This document shows, in pieces, positions 15,001 to 30,000 of a stretch of DNA of 64,000 nt. The DNA is taken from positions 95,790,001-95,854,000 of the forward strand of contig OZ024746.1 of NCBI GenBank assembly GCA_964016885.1, read 5' to 3'. The DNA comes from Eledone cirrhosa (Eukaryota). Within the stretch, counting starts at the first letter, position 1, and each line of letters starts with the position of its first letter. The translations under genes and the position numbers were made by a program. The notes under the pieces are model-generated. The model searched no databases. It was not told the DNA's origin and saw only the letters and a program-made list of their open reading frames with translations.

Positions 15001-18000
15001 ACTCCACCTGACACAGCTGTAACTACACCTGACACAGCTGTAACTACACCTGACATAGCTGTAACTCCACCTGACATAGCTGTAACTCCACCTGACATAG
15101 CTGTAACTCCACCTGACATAGGTGTAACTACACCTGACACAGCTGTAACTACACCTGACATAGCTGTAACTCCACCTGTCATAGCTGTAACTCCACCTGA
15201 CACAGCTGTAACTCCACCTGACATAGGTGTAACTCCACCTGACACAGCTGTAACTACAGCTGACACAGCTGTAACTACACCTGACATAGGTGTAACTCCA
15301 CCTGACATAGGTGTAACTCCACCTGACATAGGTGTAACTCCACCTGACACATCTGTAACTACACCTGACACAGCTGTAACTACACCTGACATAGGTGTAA
15401 CTCCACCTGACATAGGTGTAACTCCACCTGACATAGCTGTAACTCCACCTGACATAGGTGTAACTCCACCTGACATAGGTGTAACTCCACCTGACATAGC
15501 TGTAACTCCACCTGACATAGGTGTAACTCCACCTGACATAGGTGTAACTCCACCTGACATAGGTGTAACTCCACCTGACATAGGTGTAACTCCACCTGAC
15601 ATAGCTATAACTCCACCTGACATAGGTGTAACTCCACCTGACATAGGTGTAACTCCACCTGACATAGGTGTAACTCCACCTGACATAGGTGTAACTCCAC
15701 CTGACACAGCTGTAACTCCACCTGACATAGGTGTAACTCCACCTGACATAGGTGTAACTCCACCTGACATAGGTGTAACTCCACCTGACATAGGTGTAAC
15801 TACACCTGACATAGCTGTAACTCCACCTGACATAGGTGTAACTCCACCTGACATAGCTGTAACTCCACCTGACACAGCTGTAACTCCACCTGACATAGCT
15901 GTAACTCCACCTGACATAGCTGTAACTCCACCTGACACAGCTGTAACTCCACCTGACACAGGTGTAACTCCACCTGACATAGCTGTAACTCCACCTGACA
16001 TAGGTGTAACTCCACCTGACATAGGTGTAACTCTACCTGACACAGCTGTAACTCTACCTGACACAGCTGTAACTCTACCTGACACAGCTGTAACTCCACC
16101 TGACACAGCTGTAACTCCACCTGACATAGCTGTAACTCTACCTGACACAGCTGTAACTCCACCTGACACAGCTGTAACTCCACCTGACACAGCTGTAACT
16201 CCACCTGACACAGCTGTAACTCCACCTGACACAGGTGTAACTCCACCTGACACAGCTGTAACTCCACCTGACATAGGTGTAACTCCACCTGACATAGCTG
16301 CAACTCCACCTGACACATCTGTAACTCCACCTGACACAGCTGTAACTCCACCTGACACAGCTGTAACTCCACCTGACATAGCTGTAACTCCACCTGACAC
16401 AGCTCTAACTCCACCTGACACAGCTCTAACTCCACCTGACATAGGTGTAACTCCACCTGACATAGGTGTAACTCCACCTGACACAGCTGTAACCCTACAT
16501 GCTGCAAGTGTAACTCTGTATGACACAGCTGTAACTCCACCTGACACAGCTGTAACTCCACCTGACATAGGTGTAACTCCACCCGACATAGCTGTAACTC
16601 CACGTGACATAACTGTAACTCCACGTGACACAGGTGTAACTCCACCTGACATAGCTGCAACTCCACCTGACATAGCTGTAACTCCACCTGACACAGCTGT
16701 AACTCCACGTGACATAGCTGTAACTCCACCTGACATAGCTGTAACTCCACCTGACACAGCTGTAACTCCACGTGACATAGCTGTAACTCCACCTGACACA
16801 GGTGTAACTCCACCTGACATAGCTGCAACTCCACCTGACATAGCTGTAACTCCACCTGACACAGCTGTAACTCCACCTGACACAGCTGTAACTCCACGTG
16901 ACATAGCTGTAACTCCACGTGACATAGCTGTAACTCTACCTGACATAGCTATAACTCCACCTGACATAGCTGTAACTCCACCTGACACAGCTGTAACTCC
17001 ACCTGACACAGCTGTAACTCCACATGACATAGCTGTAACTCCACATGACATAGCTGTAACTCCATGTGACATAGCTGTAACTCCACCTGACACAGCTCTA
17101 ACTCCACCTGACACAGCTGTAACTCCACCTGACACAGCTGTAACTCCACGTGACATAGCTGTAACTCCACCTGACACAGCTGTAACTATACCTGGCACAG
17201 CTGTAACTCCACGTGACATAGGTGTAACTCCACCTGACATAGGTGTAACTCCACCTGACATAGCTGTAACTCCACCTGACACAGCTGTAACTCCACCTGA
17301 CATAGCTATAACTCCACGTGACATAGGTGTAACTCCACCTGACATAGGTGTAACTCCACCTGACACAGCTGTAACTCCACCTGACACAGCTGTAACTCCA
17401 TGTGACATAGCTGTAACTCCACCTGACATAGGTGTAACTCCACCTGACACAGCTGTAACTCCACCTGACATAGCTGTAACTCCACATGACATAGGTGTAA
17501 CTCCACCTGACACAGCTGTAACTCCACCTGACACAGCTGTAACTCCACCTGACACAGCTATAACTCCACGTGACATAGGTGTAACTCCACCTGACATAGG
17601 TGTAACTCCACCTGACACAGCTGTAACTCCACCTGACACAGCTGTAACTCCATGTGACATAGCTGTAACTCCACCTGACATAGCTGTAACTCCACATGAC
17701 ACAGCTGTAACTCCACATGACATAGCTGTAACTCCACATGACATAGGTGTAACTCCACCTGACACAGCTGTAACTCCACCTGACACAGCTGTAACTCCAC
17801 CTGACACAGGTGTAACTCCACCTGACACAGCTGTAACTCCACGTGACATAGCTGTAACTCCACGTGACATAGGTGTAACTCCACCTGACATAGCTGTAAC
17901 TCCACCTGACACAGGTGTAACTCCACCTGACATAGCTGTAACTCCACGTGACACAGCTGTAACTCCACCTGACACAGCTGTAACGCTACATGATGCAAGT

Positions 18001-21000
18001 GTAACTCTGTATGACATAGATAACACCACTATAATATCACCTCATGTCGGAACTGTAATATCAGATAATACCACCACCATAATATCCCACAATACAACTA
18101 TAGTATCTCATGTGATAAGTGTAACAGCATATGATATAACCATGATACTACATAACACAACTGTTGCTTCACGTAATAAATCACTGATTCAACATCCAAC
18201 AACAACATTAATAACACAATACACACCTCATGTAATGCTACATACAACATACTATATATCTAGTATAGATAATGTGACTGTAGAGTTATATACACCATAT
18301 ACAACATTGCAGAAAACTGTTAGACAATTGTATGTAACTAACTCCACAATCCATACTATGATTTCAAAAATTCAAGAAATAACTGCAACTGTGCACAGTA
18401 AAAATGCAACCAAGTATTCAGATACTACATCTCTCTATATGATGAGTAATATTTCAAAATACCTCAGTTCAACACACAGTATAACTAATGCAACACAAGA
18501 CACAAGTATTGTTACTTCACAAAACACAACTACAGTACTATATACTCTTTGGTTGACTTTAGATACAGACTCTTTGCTTCGTTCTACAGTTACTGTACCT
18601 GCATATACTATGCCTACATTTTCCACACTTTATTTACTGGGCATTACTCCTTCATATACTATGATTGAAAGTCTGAGTGTGTCTCTATACAAATCAGCTC
18701 CATTACTTAATACAACCACTGCACTACAACATTCAATCACTGCCTTATTATATGAAAGTAAAGCTACCTTATTTAGCAGAACAACATTACAAATGGCCAT
18801 TGCATATCCAGAGATGAAAGCTCCAAGCATCACAGCTGCAACTCCACATACAAACATTACAATGACAGACACAACCACTTCAGCATTGTATAGAATGAGT
18901 GTGACTCTACCTACAACAGATATCACATTATACATTCATACTAAAATACCACATTCAACAACTACACTTCTACGACACACACAAATAGAAACAGCAACTA
19001 TTTTAACATTAGACACAATAATTTCAACCAAAGACAGTGCCATTGAAACATTATATGAAACTACATCTGTCATATTAAATACAACAGATGTAATGATCCT
19101 TACAAAAGATGAAATATTTCATAAAATAACAGCTTACAGTTCGAAAACAATTACACAATTCCCGACAACTTCCATCCCACTTGGAACAATTTTCTTCTCG
19201 AGTATAGGACAATATATAGTTCCTGATGACTTTTCTGATTATCTAAATAAATCAACAAGTTCTTATATTGAATTCAGTTCTTATATTTCTATGCCACCTT
19301 ATGACTCTGATTCAGAGACAGTAAAAACAGTTATTAGAAAAGGGCTCTCAAGTATATCAATAGTTCGAATGGAGCATTTAGTTAAGTCATCAAGTGATAT
19401 AACATACACAGGAATAATAACTGACATACAAGAAATATTTCCTCAGAATAATATAACAGACAAGTTCATTATAAGTAGCCTGATGGAGACAAATACAACT
19501 TTCAAACTAGCCACAATTAAAATTTCAGATGTTTTTGATCCTAAACTACAAAAAGTCAGAAAATTTGGCTTCACATACCCAAAACAGAAGAAGAATCTGT
19601 CAGTGTTACATGAGCATGTGACTTCCACTCTAAGTTCTATTTCAAGAGATAACACCACTTTATTAACTTATTTTAAAGATATATCTTCTTCAAAGATTAA
19701 AAAGACACATGAAGTATCTAGACACCAAACAGCATTTTTTAATGTGACAATCCTGAAAAAAGAAACAGCATTTGATACAAAGAAATATATGGATGTAACT
19801 GAATTTTCTTCTACTCAAAGAGAAAAGGAAATTCTAGAAAAATCTGATAAATTTAGAATTAGAATCAAACCCAGAACTACATTTTATATATCTAAGGCTT
19901 TCTCAGAACCTTTCAAAAGAAAGAAAATTGAGTTGTTATCGGTGACCCCAACATTAAAATTACAGACACGGGAACGTTTTATAACATCGTATTTAAATGT
20001 TTCTAAATTAGAAGGTATCAAAGATATCCCTTCTTGCACTTCAGCAACAGAATTTCTTGCCTTATCTGTGACGAAATCATCAGGTTTTACAACTTTAACA
20101 TCAGATATTGTAAGACACCAAAACTTTACATTAACTGATTATATTTCCTTGAAAAAAATAACATTGCCTATTACACAGTTAACAAAAAGTGAAAAGCATC
20201 ATTTAGAAACAAGGTCGACATATTTCAGTAAAGAATTAGCAACATTTCAATTGAAGTCATATCCCTCAGTAGAAATTGAAGAAATAACTATGAAAACATC
20301 TACTGTATTAGAAACATCATATTTTTCTGTTTCTCCAGAAAAAGACTATGATATAACCATATTACAGTTCAAAGATTTAGATACTCCCACACGTGTTGAT
20401 AAGGGATATCCCATGGCAGTATATAATTATACTAATTGGGCAGGGTTCACGTGGTTATCCCAAATAATGAATGTGACATCCTATGAAGTAATGAATTATA
20501 CAGAAAAAGATAAATTAACTCAGCCATCTTTCAAAATTAAAGAAGTTACAGATTTTATTAAAATGTCAAAGATGGAATATAAATTAACAACAAACATTAT
20601 TCCTAGCCAGGAACAACTTGGTGCGCTTTCCTCTAGAATTTCAATCATGTCTTGCAGTAAAATGAAGATGTCTCACACAGTATTAAAGACAACTCCTCCT
20701 TTAGTTGTCTCGTCCAGAGCTAAAACCAGCCCAATATCCTTTGAGAATAAAACAAATTATGTTACCTGGAGTATTAATGGAACTTCATTATATTTAGACA
20801 AAAAATTTACTGTAAAGTCCACCAAATATAAAATTACATCTTTATCAAGTATTACAACTTATCCAGAGGATGATATGAAAGTGTATATAGATTCAATTCT
20901 GCCAGAATTTTCATCTTTATACGTTGAAACTTTTACAACTATATTGAAATATATATATATTTTTCCTAAACCTACTCCTAAAGATGAAAAAAATGAAACA

Positions 21001-24000
21001 ATATTACTGAGAAATAAAACACTTCATTGGACAAAAGATGATTTTGAATTCCTTACTGCCATATTTTATCTAACAACAGTCCATACACCCATTATTGAGA
21101 GTCATTATAAAATAAGTACACCTTTACCACAAAGCAGATTTCCTTACAGAACATTGGAAATTGAATCAATATCAAATAGAAGCCAGACAATTCCATTTAC
21201 ACAAAAAACTTTTAACATAAGTTTTACCATGATTGAACAAAAAAGACAAGACACATTTGTTCACTTACTTACAACATTTAGACCAGATTATTTCCATGAA
21301 AAGAAGATCAAAGTTTCAACAGACACAGATATAGCTTTACATTCTCATTCCAAGGAACCATTTCTCACAATGTTTGAGTTATCTACTTTTTCTGAGGTAT
21401 CACAAACTGAATTAATATTTGTTAAAATTAAACAAGAACATTCTACACAAGTGATGAAAAGACAAACACTATTTGTGGTTGATAAAACTTATAAAGATAT
21501 TATCTCTGAAAATGTAACAAGCAAGTGGCTAATGGCTGATTATAAAACCAAATTTACTACTACCTCTACTCAAGACAAAACATATCTGATCAAATTTCAG
21601 GGAAACACAAGTTTACAATTTGATCAAGTAACAGACTCGATAATTACTTTGAAAATAGAGCTTGGCTTTACACAAAGTATAGAAGTTCATTCCATAAAAA
21701 TACCAAAAATACTATTTGAATTAACCACGAAAGAACCATTTAAGTCAATCATAAAAATACCATTTGAGTCAACCACTAAAGAACCATTTAAGCCAACCAT
21801 GAAAATAGCATTTGAATCAACCACGAAAGAACCATTTGACTCAAATGGTATTTCCATGGAAATTCCATCTAAGTCAACCCTGGAAAGTATATTGCAGATA
21901 TGGTATACTAAGGAAAAAGCAAAATACCTTGATACCTTGACGCAGACAACTCTATTTCCTATATTTGTAAGAGAAACCAAAAGCATGATTTCAAAATACC
22001 CACTTAAAGACAGAATTAAAATGTTATCAGTTGTTGATACTTTTAATTCAGTTTTTAAAAATCTCACATTTGAAAGAGAAAATGTTACAAATATAACAGA
22101 ATCTCCTACATATAAATATCCTACAAAAATCACTGGAATAAGTAAAGAAATTACATCAGAAATAATGAGCATGTATTCAATGTCTCACCTAAAACAAATG
22201 ATTTCAGAAGAGATTTATTTGACTGACAAACGTTTAGTTTTACCTACAATTACCCCTAAACTGACATCAATACTGCAATCTCATGAATTATTTTCCACCA
22301 AAGAAATGCTATCTATAGGAAAACAGACACTTACCGAAAGCCCATTTACAATTCCAGAAATATTTACCTCTTTGAAACATAGGTCTGTTTCTGAAATGAC
22401 TTCTTTGGTTAGTCACAGTTTTAGTCCTATAACAAATATGTTAAGTCTCAGTATATTTCCTATAGTAACTATACCAGTTAACCAGAGTATTTATTCTATA
22501 ACACCAATACTATTTAATGATAGCATTTCTTCTATAACAAATATATCAGTTAACTATAGTAGTTTTCCACTAATAACTGTTCTCTTCAACTACAGCATTT
22601 TTCACCTTAAACTTATACCCTTCAACTATAGTACTTTTCCTACATCAAAAATACATACATATTTTAATCACAGTAGTTTTCCTATAGACACGCTAACATT
22701 TAACTATAGTATTATCCCAATAACAAGAAGCATATTATCAAGCCATATCATTTTCTCTACAACCACAACAGTATTCACTCTTAGCTTTTTTCCTAAATCA
22801 TTATTAAACCATAGTATTGTTGCTATAATAGATACAACCTTTAACTATAGTTCATTTCCAATCACTACTACATTATCTAACCACAGTAGTTATATGATAT
22901 CATATAACCAAAGTATTATTCCTATACCAACTCTCTCATCCAATCACAGCATTTTTATTATACAAACTCTATCATATTACCATCATATCGATTATTTAAT
23001 AACCTCACCATTTATTCATAGTATTGATACGATAACAACTACACCATATAACTACAGTATTGATACAATAACAACTACACCATATAACTACAGTATTGAT
23101 ACAATAACAACTACACCATATAACTATAGTATTGATACAATAACAACAACACCATATAACTACAGTATTGATACAATAACAACAACAGCATATAACTACA
23201 GTATTGATACAATAACAACAATATATAACTATAGTATTGATACAATAACAACAATATATAACTATAGCATTGATACAATAACAACCTCACCATATAACTA
23301 TAGTATTGATACAATAACAACTACACCATATAACTACAGTATTGATACAATAACAACTACACCACATAACTATAGTATTGATACAATAACAACTACACCA
23401 CATAACTACAGTATTGATACAATAACAACTACACCATATAACTACAGTATTGATACAATAACAACCTCACAATATAACTACAGTATTGATACAATAACAA
23501 CTACACCATATAACTATAGTATTGATACAATAACAACTACACCATATAACTACAGTATTGATACAATAACAACTAGACCATATAACTACAGTATTGATTC
23601 AATAACAACCTCACCATATAACTATAGTATTGATACAATAACAACCTCACCATATAACTATAGTATTGATACAATAACAACTACACCATATAACTACAGT
23701 ATTGATACAATAACAACTAGACCATATAACTACAGTATTGATACAATAACAACCTCACCATATAACTATAGTATTGATACAATAACAACCTCACCATATA
23801 ACTATAGTATTGATACAATAACAACTACACCACATAACTATAGTATTGATACAATAACAACTACACCACGTAACTACAGTATTGATACAATAACAACTAC
23901 ACCACATAACTACAGTATTGATACAATAACAACTACACCATATAACTATAGTATTGATACAATAACAACCTCACCATATAACTACAGTATTGATACAATA

Positions 24001-27000
24001 ACAACTACACCACATAACTATAGTATTGATACAATAACAACTACACCATATAACTACAGTATTGATACAATAACAACTATACCATATAACTACAGTATTG
24101 ATACAATAACAACTACACCATATAACTATAGTATTGATACAATAACAACTACACCATATAACTACAGTATTGATACAATAACAACTACACCATATAACTA
24201 CAGTATTGATACAATAACAACCTCACCATATAACTACAGTATTGATACAATAACAACTACACCATATAACTACAGTATTGATACAATAACAACTACACCA
24301 TATAACTACAGTATTGATACAATAACAACCTCACCATATAACTACAGTATTGATACAATAACAACTACACCATATAACTACAGTATTGATACAATAACAA
24401 CTACACCATATAACTACAGTATTGATACAATAACAACCTCACCATATAACTACAGTATTGATACAATAACAACTACACCATATAACTATAGTATTGATAC
24501 AATAACAACTACACCATATAACTATAGTATTGATACAATAACAACTACACTATATAACTATAGTATTGATACAATAACAACTACACCACATAACTACAGT
24601 ATTGATACAATAACAACTACACCATATAACTATAGTATTGATACAATAACAACCTCACCATATAACTACAGTATTGATACAATAACAACTACACCATATA
24701 ACTATAGTATTGATACAATAACAACTACACCACGTAACTACAGTATTGATACAATAACAACTGCACCACATAACTACAGTATTGATACAATAACAACTAC
24801 ACCATATAACTATAGTATTGATACAATAACAACCTCACCATATAACTACAGTATTGATACAATAACAACTACACCATATAACTACAGTATTGATACAATA
24901 ACAACTACACCATATAACTATAGTATTGAAACAATAACAACTACACCACGTAACTACAGTATTGATACAATAACAACTACACCATATAACTATAGTATTG
25001 ATACAATAACAACCTCACCATATAACTACAGTATTGATACAATAACAACCTCACCATATAACTACAGTATTGATACAATAACAACTACACCATATAACTA
25101 CAGTATTGATACAATAACAACTACACCATATAACTACAGTATTGATACAATAACAACTACACCATATAACTATAGTATTGATACAATAACAACTACACCA
25201 TATAACTACAGTATTGATACAATAACAACCTCACCATATAACTATAGTATTGATACAATAACAACTACACCATATAACTACAGTATTGATACAATAACAA
25301 CTACACCATATAACTATAGTATTGATACAATAACAACTACACCATATAACTATAGTATTGATACAATAACAACTACACCATATAACTATAGTATTGATAC
25401 AATAACAACCTCACAATATAACTATAGTATTGATACAATAACAACTACACCATATAACTACAGTATTGATACAATAACAACCTCACAATATAACTATAGT
25501 ATTGAAACAATAACAACTACACCATATAACTACAGTATTGATACAATAACAACTACACCACATAACTACAGTATTGATACAATAACAACCTCACAATATA
25601 ACTATAGTATTGAAACAATAACAACTACACCACGTAACTACAGTATTGATACAATAACAACTACACCATATAACTATAGTATTGATACAATAACAACTAC
25701 ACCATATAACTACAGTATTGATACAATAACAACTACACCATATAACTATAGTATTGTTACAATAACAACCTCACCATATAACTACAGTATTGATACAATA
25801 ACAACTACACCATATAACTACAGTATTGATACAATAACAACTACACCATATAACTATAGTATTGATACAATAACAACCTCACCATATAACTACAGTATTG
25901 ATACAATAACAACTACACCATATAACTACAGTATTGATACAATAACAACCTCACAATATAACTACAGTATTGATACAATAACAACTACACAATATAACTA
26001 TAGTATTGATACAATAACAACTACACCACATAACTACAGTATTGATACAATAACAACTACACCATATAACTACAGTATTGATACAATAACAACAATATAT
26101 AACTATAGTATTGATACAATAACAACTACACCATATAACTATAGTATTGATACAATAACAACTACACCAAATAACTATAGTATTGATACAATAACAACTA
26201 CACCATATAACTACAGTATTGATACAATAACAACAATATATAACTATAGTATTGATACAATAACAACTACACCATATAACTACAGTATTGATACAATAAC
26301 AACTACACCATATAACTACAGTATTGATACAATAACAACAATATATAACTATAGTATTGATACAATAACAACCTCACCATATAACTACAGTATTGTTCCA
26401 ATAATCACGACCACATATAACTACAGTATTGACTCCATAACAACTACACCATATAACCATAGTATTGTTCCAATAACAACTACAGTATTTAAACATAGTA
26501 TTCTTCTGACAACTTTATATTATAACTATACTATACTACCTGCGACAAACGTATCATATTATCACAGTATTGCTCCTATATCAACCTCACCATATAACTA
26601 TAGTATTTCCTCCATAACAATCATACCATTTAATCATAGTAGTTCCCCTATAAAAACCAGATTATTTCAGCTCAGTATTATTCCTACAATATCATTACCA
26701 GGTTACTATAGAATATCAACTAAAAGTAAATTTCCTCTCTTAGATATTCTATTTAACCAAAGCGTCTTCACTGAAAAACATGTATCATTTAAACATAGTA
26801 TGTACCTTTTAACTACTGTTGTATTTAATCATAGTCAAATTTCCCTAACAAGTTCATCATTTAGCTATAGTATTGGTCCTATAACAACTACATCCTTTAG
26901 CCCTAATATCACATCTGTATCCCTTGAGTCAATTCATAGTATTATTTCTACACCAAGTCTGATATCTAATCATTCTATTGTTATAACATCAATGAGCCCA

Positions 27001-30000
27001 GTATTCTTGATATCTAAACAACCATTGATCTACACAGACAGCAATAATATAACAACAGACGTTATACCCTTAGATGAGAAGGATTATACAATCTTTATTA
27101 ATAGAACTGATATAATAATAACTGACTGGAATAATTTGACAGTCATGGCTCAAATAGAAAGTAAGGCTCAAGTGGAAAATGTATCTGTCCCAGTTGTAAT
27201 TTTTCTAACTCAACATACATCACTTGAGATAGATATAACAACTGACCTTGACCTTTCTATACATGAAATACAAATAGATGAAAGTTTTCCAGTTGAGTAT
27301 TTTTCAATGTCACCATTTTCTCTCACCAAAACAAGTCCTACAATCTTAATAACTCAGACTAAAGGTATTATTGATGAGATCAGAGATTCTGGCAGTCCCT
27401 CAACAGAATATCCAACCATACAACCTACAATGACGTTTGAACACCTTAGGGAAGAAACAAGTACTATTATGTTAGTGACAATGAAAGAGCTTTTAGATAC
27501 TTCTTTAGTTTCCTCAAAATTATCAACAAGGGACAAGTTGAGAAAAGACTACAGTTATATTCAAACATCATTATTCACTGTAGAAACTGATAAGTCAAAA
27601 TTATTCTCCTTTAAGTCTAAGACTGAGCCCCATACTAAAACATATCTCCCTCAAAGGTCAGATTTTTATATTTCAAAGATACAGCTAAAATTGAACACCA
27701 CACCCTCTGAAACTTTCTCTGTAAATGTGATCTCCACAAAAAGTGTTTCATTCAAAGAACACAGCTCATTTACAATAGCTGACAAAATATCAACAGATAT
27801 CATAGCATTGGTAACTAAACTGAATTTACAAGAAATAACACCTAAATCTCTCACTGAATTTAAACAACTAGGTTTTCAACATTTTAATTTTTCAAAAGAG
27901 AGTTATTTACAAATTCAAACAAAAACATCCAGATTTCCAGATTTTCATTTGATGCTACACACTGTGACAGTATCGTCAAGTTTTTCAAATACATCTAAGT
28001 TAATGTTCAGTGAAGAAATTAAGGATTCTACCTACATTCCAGGCATTAAATATTTAAAGTATTTTATTTCTGCAAGAAATACTAGTCAGCTGATCCAAAC
28101 TTCATTATATTCAACCAATGAAACAAGGCAATTATTTCCTCAAATGACTTTCTCAAAATATCTTAGCAGACAGGAATTTTCGCATATTCATGTTCCATTT
28201 CAATCAGGAACAACTGTGGAGATGTATATTACAGATTCTGAATCACCAAATGATACAATCATAACCAGGCCTATATTGTTCTCACATTTCATATACACCA
28301 TTTCTAATAAGACATATAAAATACCAAAGTCAACTAGTTTAGAGGAGGACGAATACACTATGAGTTTTAAGATGACTCCTAAGTATATTTTGGGGGGTAC
28401 AATTACCAAAGATTTTAGTTTGATTTCAACAGTCTCCACAAAACCAAAGGAGTTTAAATTTCTAGATAAAACCATTTATTATCCTGATTTAGGTTTACAA
28501 CAAGAAAATGTATCAAGAGCCAGTGTTACAGAACTAGTTGAAAGTAAAACATCGGAAGTATGGACCAAATGGTTAGACAGTATTCCAGTGATCTTTTATC
28601 AAATAACAGATATAACAACAACACATTACCTTTTTAATTATACAAGTATTTCTACAGAGACTGATACATTTGAAGTTTCATCAATAGAATCAGCAGATAT
28701 TTATAAATTAACTGATACTACAATCATTCCAGTTATAGAGACATCAACATATATTACAATTATGAATTCCTCCTATTCTATCTTAACAAGCTATCTTAGA
28801 GAGCTGAAGTATTTTAAATATACAAATATAACCCAAATTACCTACAGTGATCTGGACTATATTACAGTGAAACCAATTTATAAACTCAGTACAGAAAAAA
28901 GTTCAAATGTTTCCTTGTTAAGCTTAAGAGATATTTTGATTGAATCAACTGAAACAATAAAACCAGATATTTCAGATGAAATTTCTACATCACAAGAGTC
29001 AGAAATGACCCTTTTCCAAACCCTTCCTACAAAGGAGATATATGGAACTTCAACAATTGATGTAGAAACTGATGTATATCCAAGAAAAAGTCCTGATTTA
29101 TTTTTAACACATATTACACACATTAAAATAAATCATACAGAAAATGTGTTAGATATTAAGACAAAAGTTGTTACACTGAAATCTCTTACTGATAACAAAA
29201 CTGTAATAAAGGGTAAAGATAGTTTCTTAGAAACTGATCCTAAAGAAGATGATTCTCTTGCTTATTCAACATTGTTTTCCCTTTTTAGCACAGCTTTAAC
29301 ATTAAATGTTGTAGGCATGAATATGTCTGTTAAAGAGAGTCCTTTGGACACTCTAGAAATTGGAAGACCAGATGATACTGAAGATTCTAAGCTAGATGTT
29401 TATATAACAAAAACAACAAACAAAACAACACCAACTACATTGATATACAGTTCTACTTTTCTGAAACAGCAGTTGGAGGCATACACAGTATTTGAAAAGA
29501 ATGGGTCACAATCAATTAGCCAACTTAGTAAAGACTATAAAGCAAGCATAAGTTCTTCTGAAATTAAATATAGTCCTACTTCTAAATTTCAGTTATTAGA
29601 TTCATGGAACACTACAGATTTGATAAGTACTACAACACTTTATAAAGCCAAACAGAAAAATGAAACAATTACAGTAGGAAGAAGTAGTTATGATTTCGTA
29701 TTTCAACGGACATTACTAACAGCAAATATATCAAAACTTCATTCTATTTACACCAGTGAATCTTATGAAGGGATAGAAATTGAGAAGACATTACCAGACT
29801 TTGATTCAGTTAAAACAATGGAAAGTATATATATTTCTACTATATATCAATTTGACATCCCATTAATTATAACAAAGGATTTTAGTACACAAACTTCAAC
29901 TATGTATCCTTACTTGATAAATACTTCTATAGAAGCATTCCAATGGCAGCTAAGTACCTACCCCAAGATGTTTGTAGTCTCTACAGATTTGACAGCTATG

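Noticed and set aside
11250-18029. Long minus-strand ORFs (poly-VVLYG, LLCCMV, VVICNG, VTAVSGG, ELQLCQV)
   Set aside because: They are antisense shadows of the repeats: several overlapping frames are open at once, they end at array edges, and their compositions are implausible. Only frame +1 is open throughout.
23041-26470. 36-nt (and 30-nt) repeats as a CRISPR array
   Set aside because: Units are head-to-tail with no unique spacers, are in-frame coding, and no cas genes are present.
29254-29331. Uncharged stretch SLAYSTLFSLFSTALTLNVVGMNMSV as a transmembrane helix
   Set aside because: Many S/T/N residues give only moderate hydrophobicity, and sequon-rich sequence lies on both sides; not convincing without a predictor.
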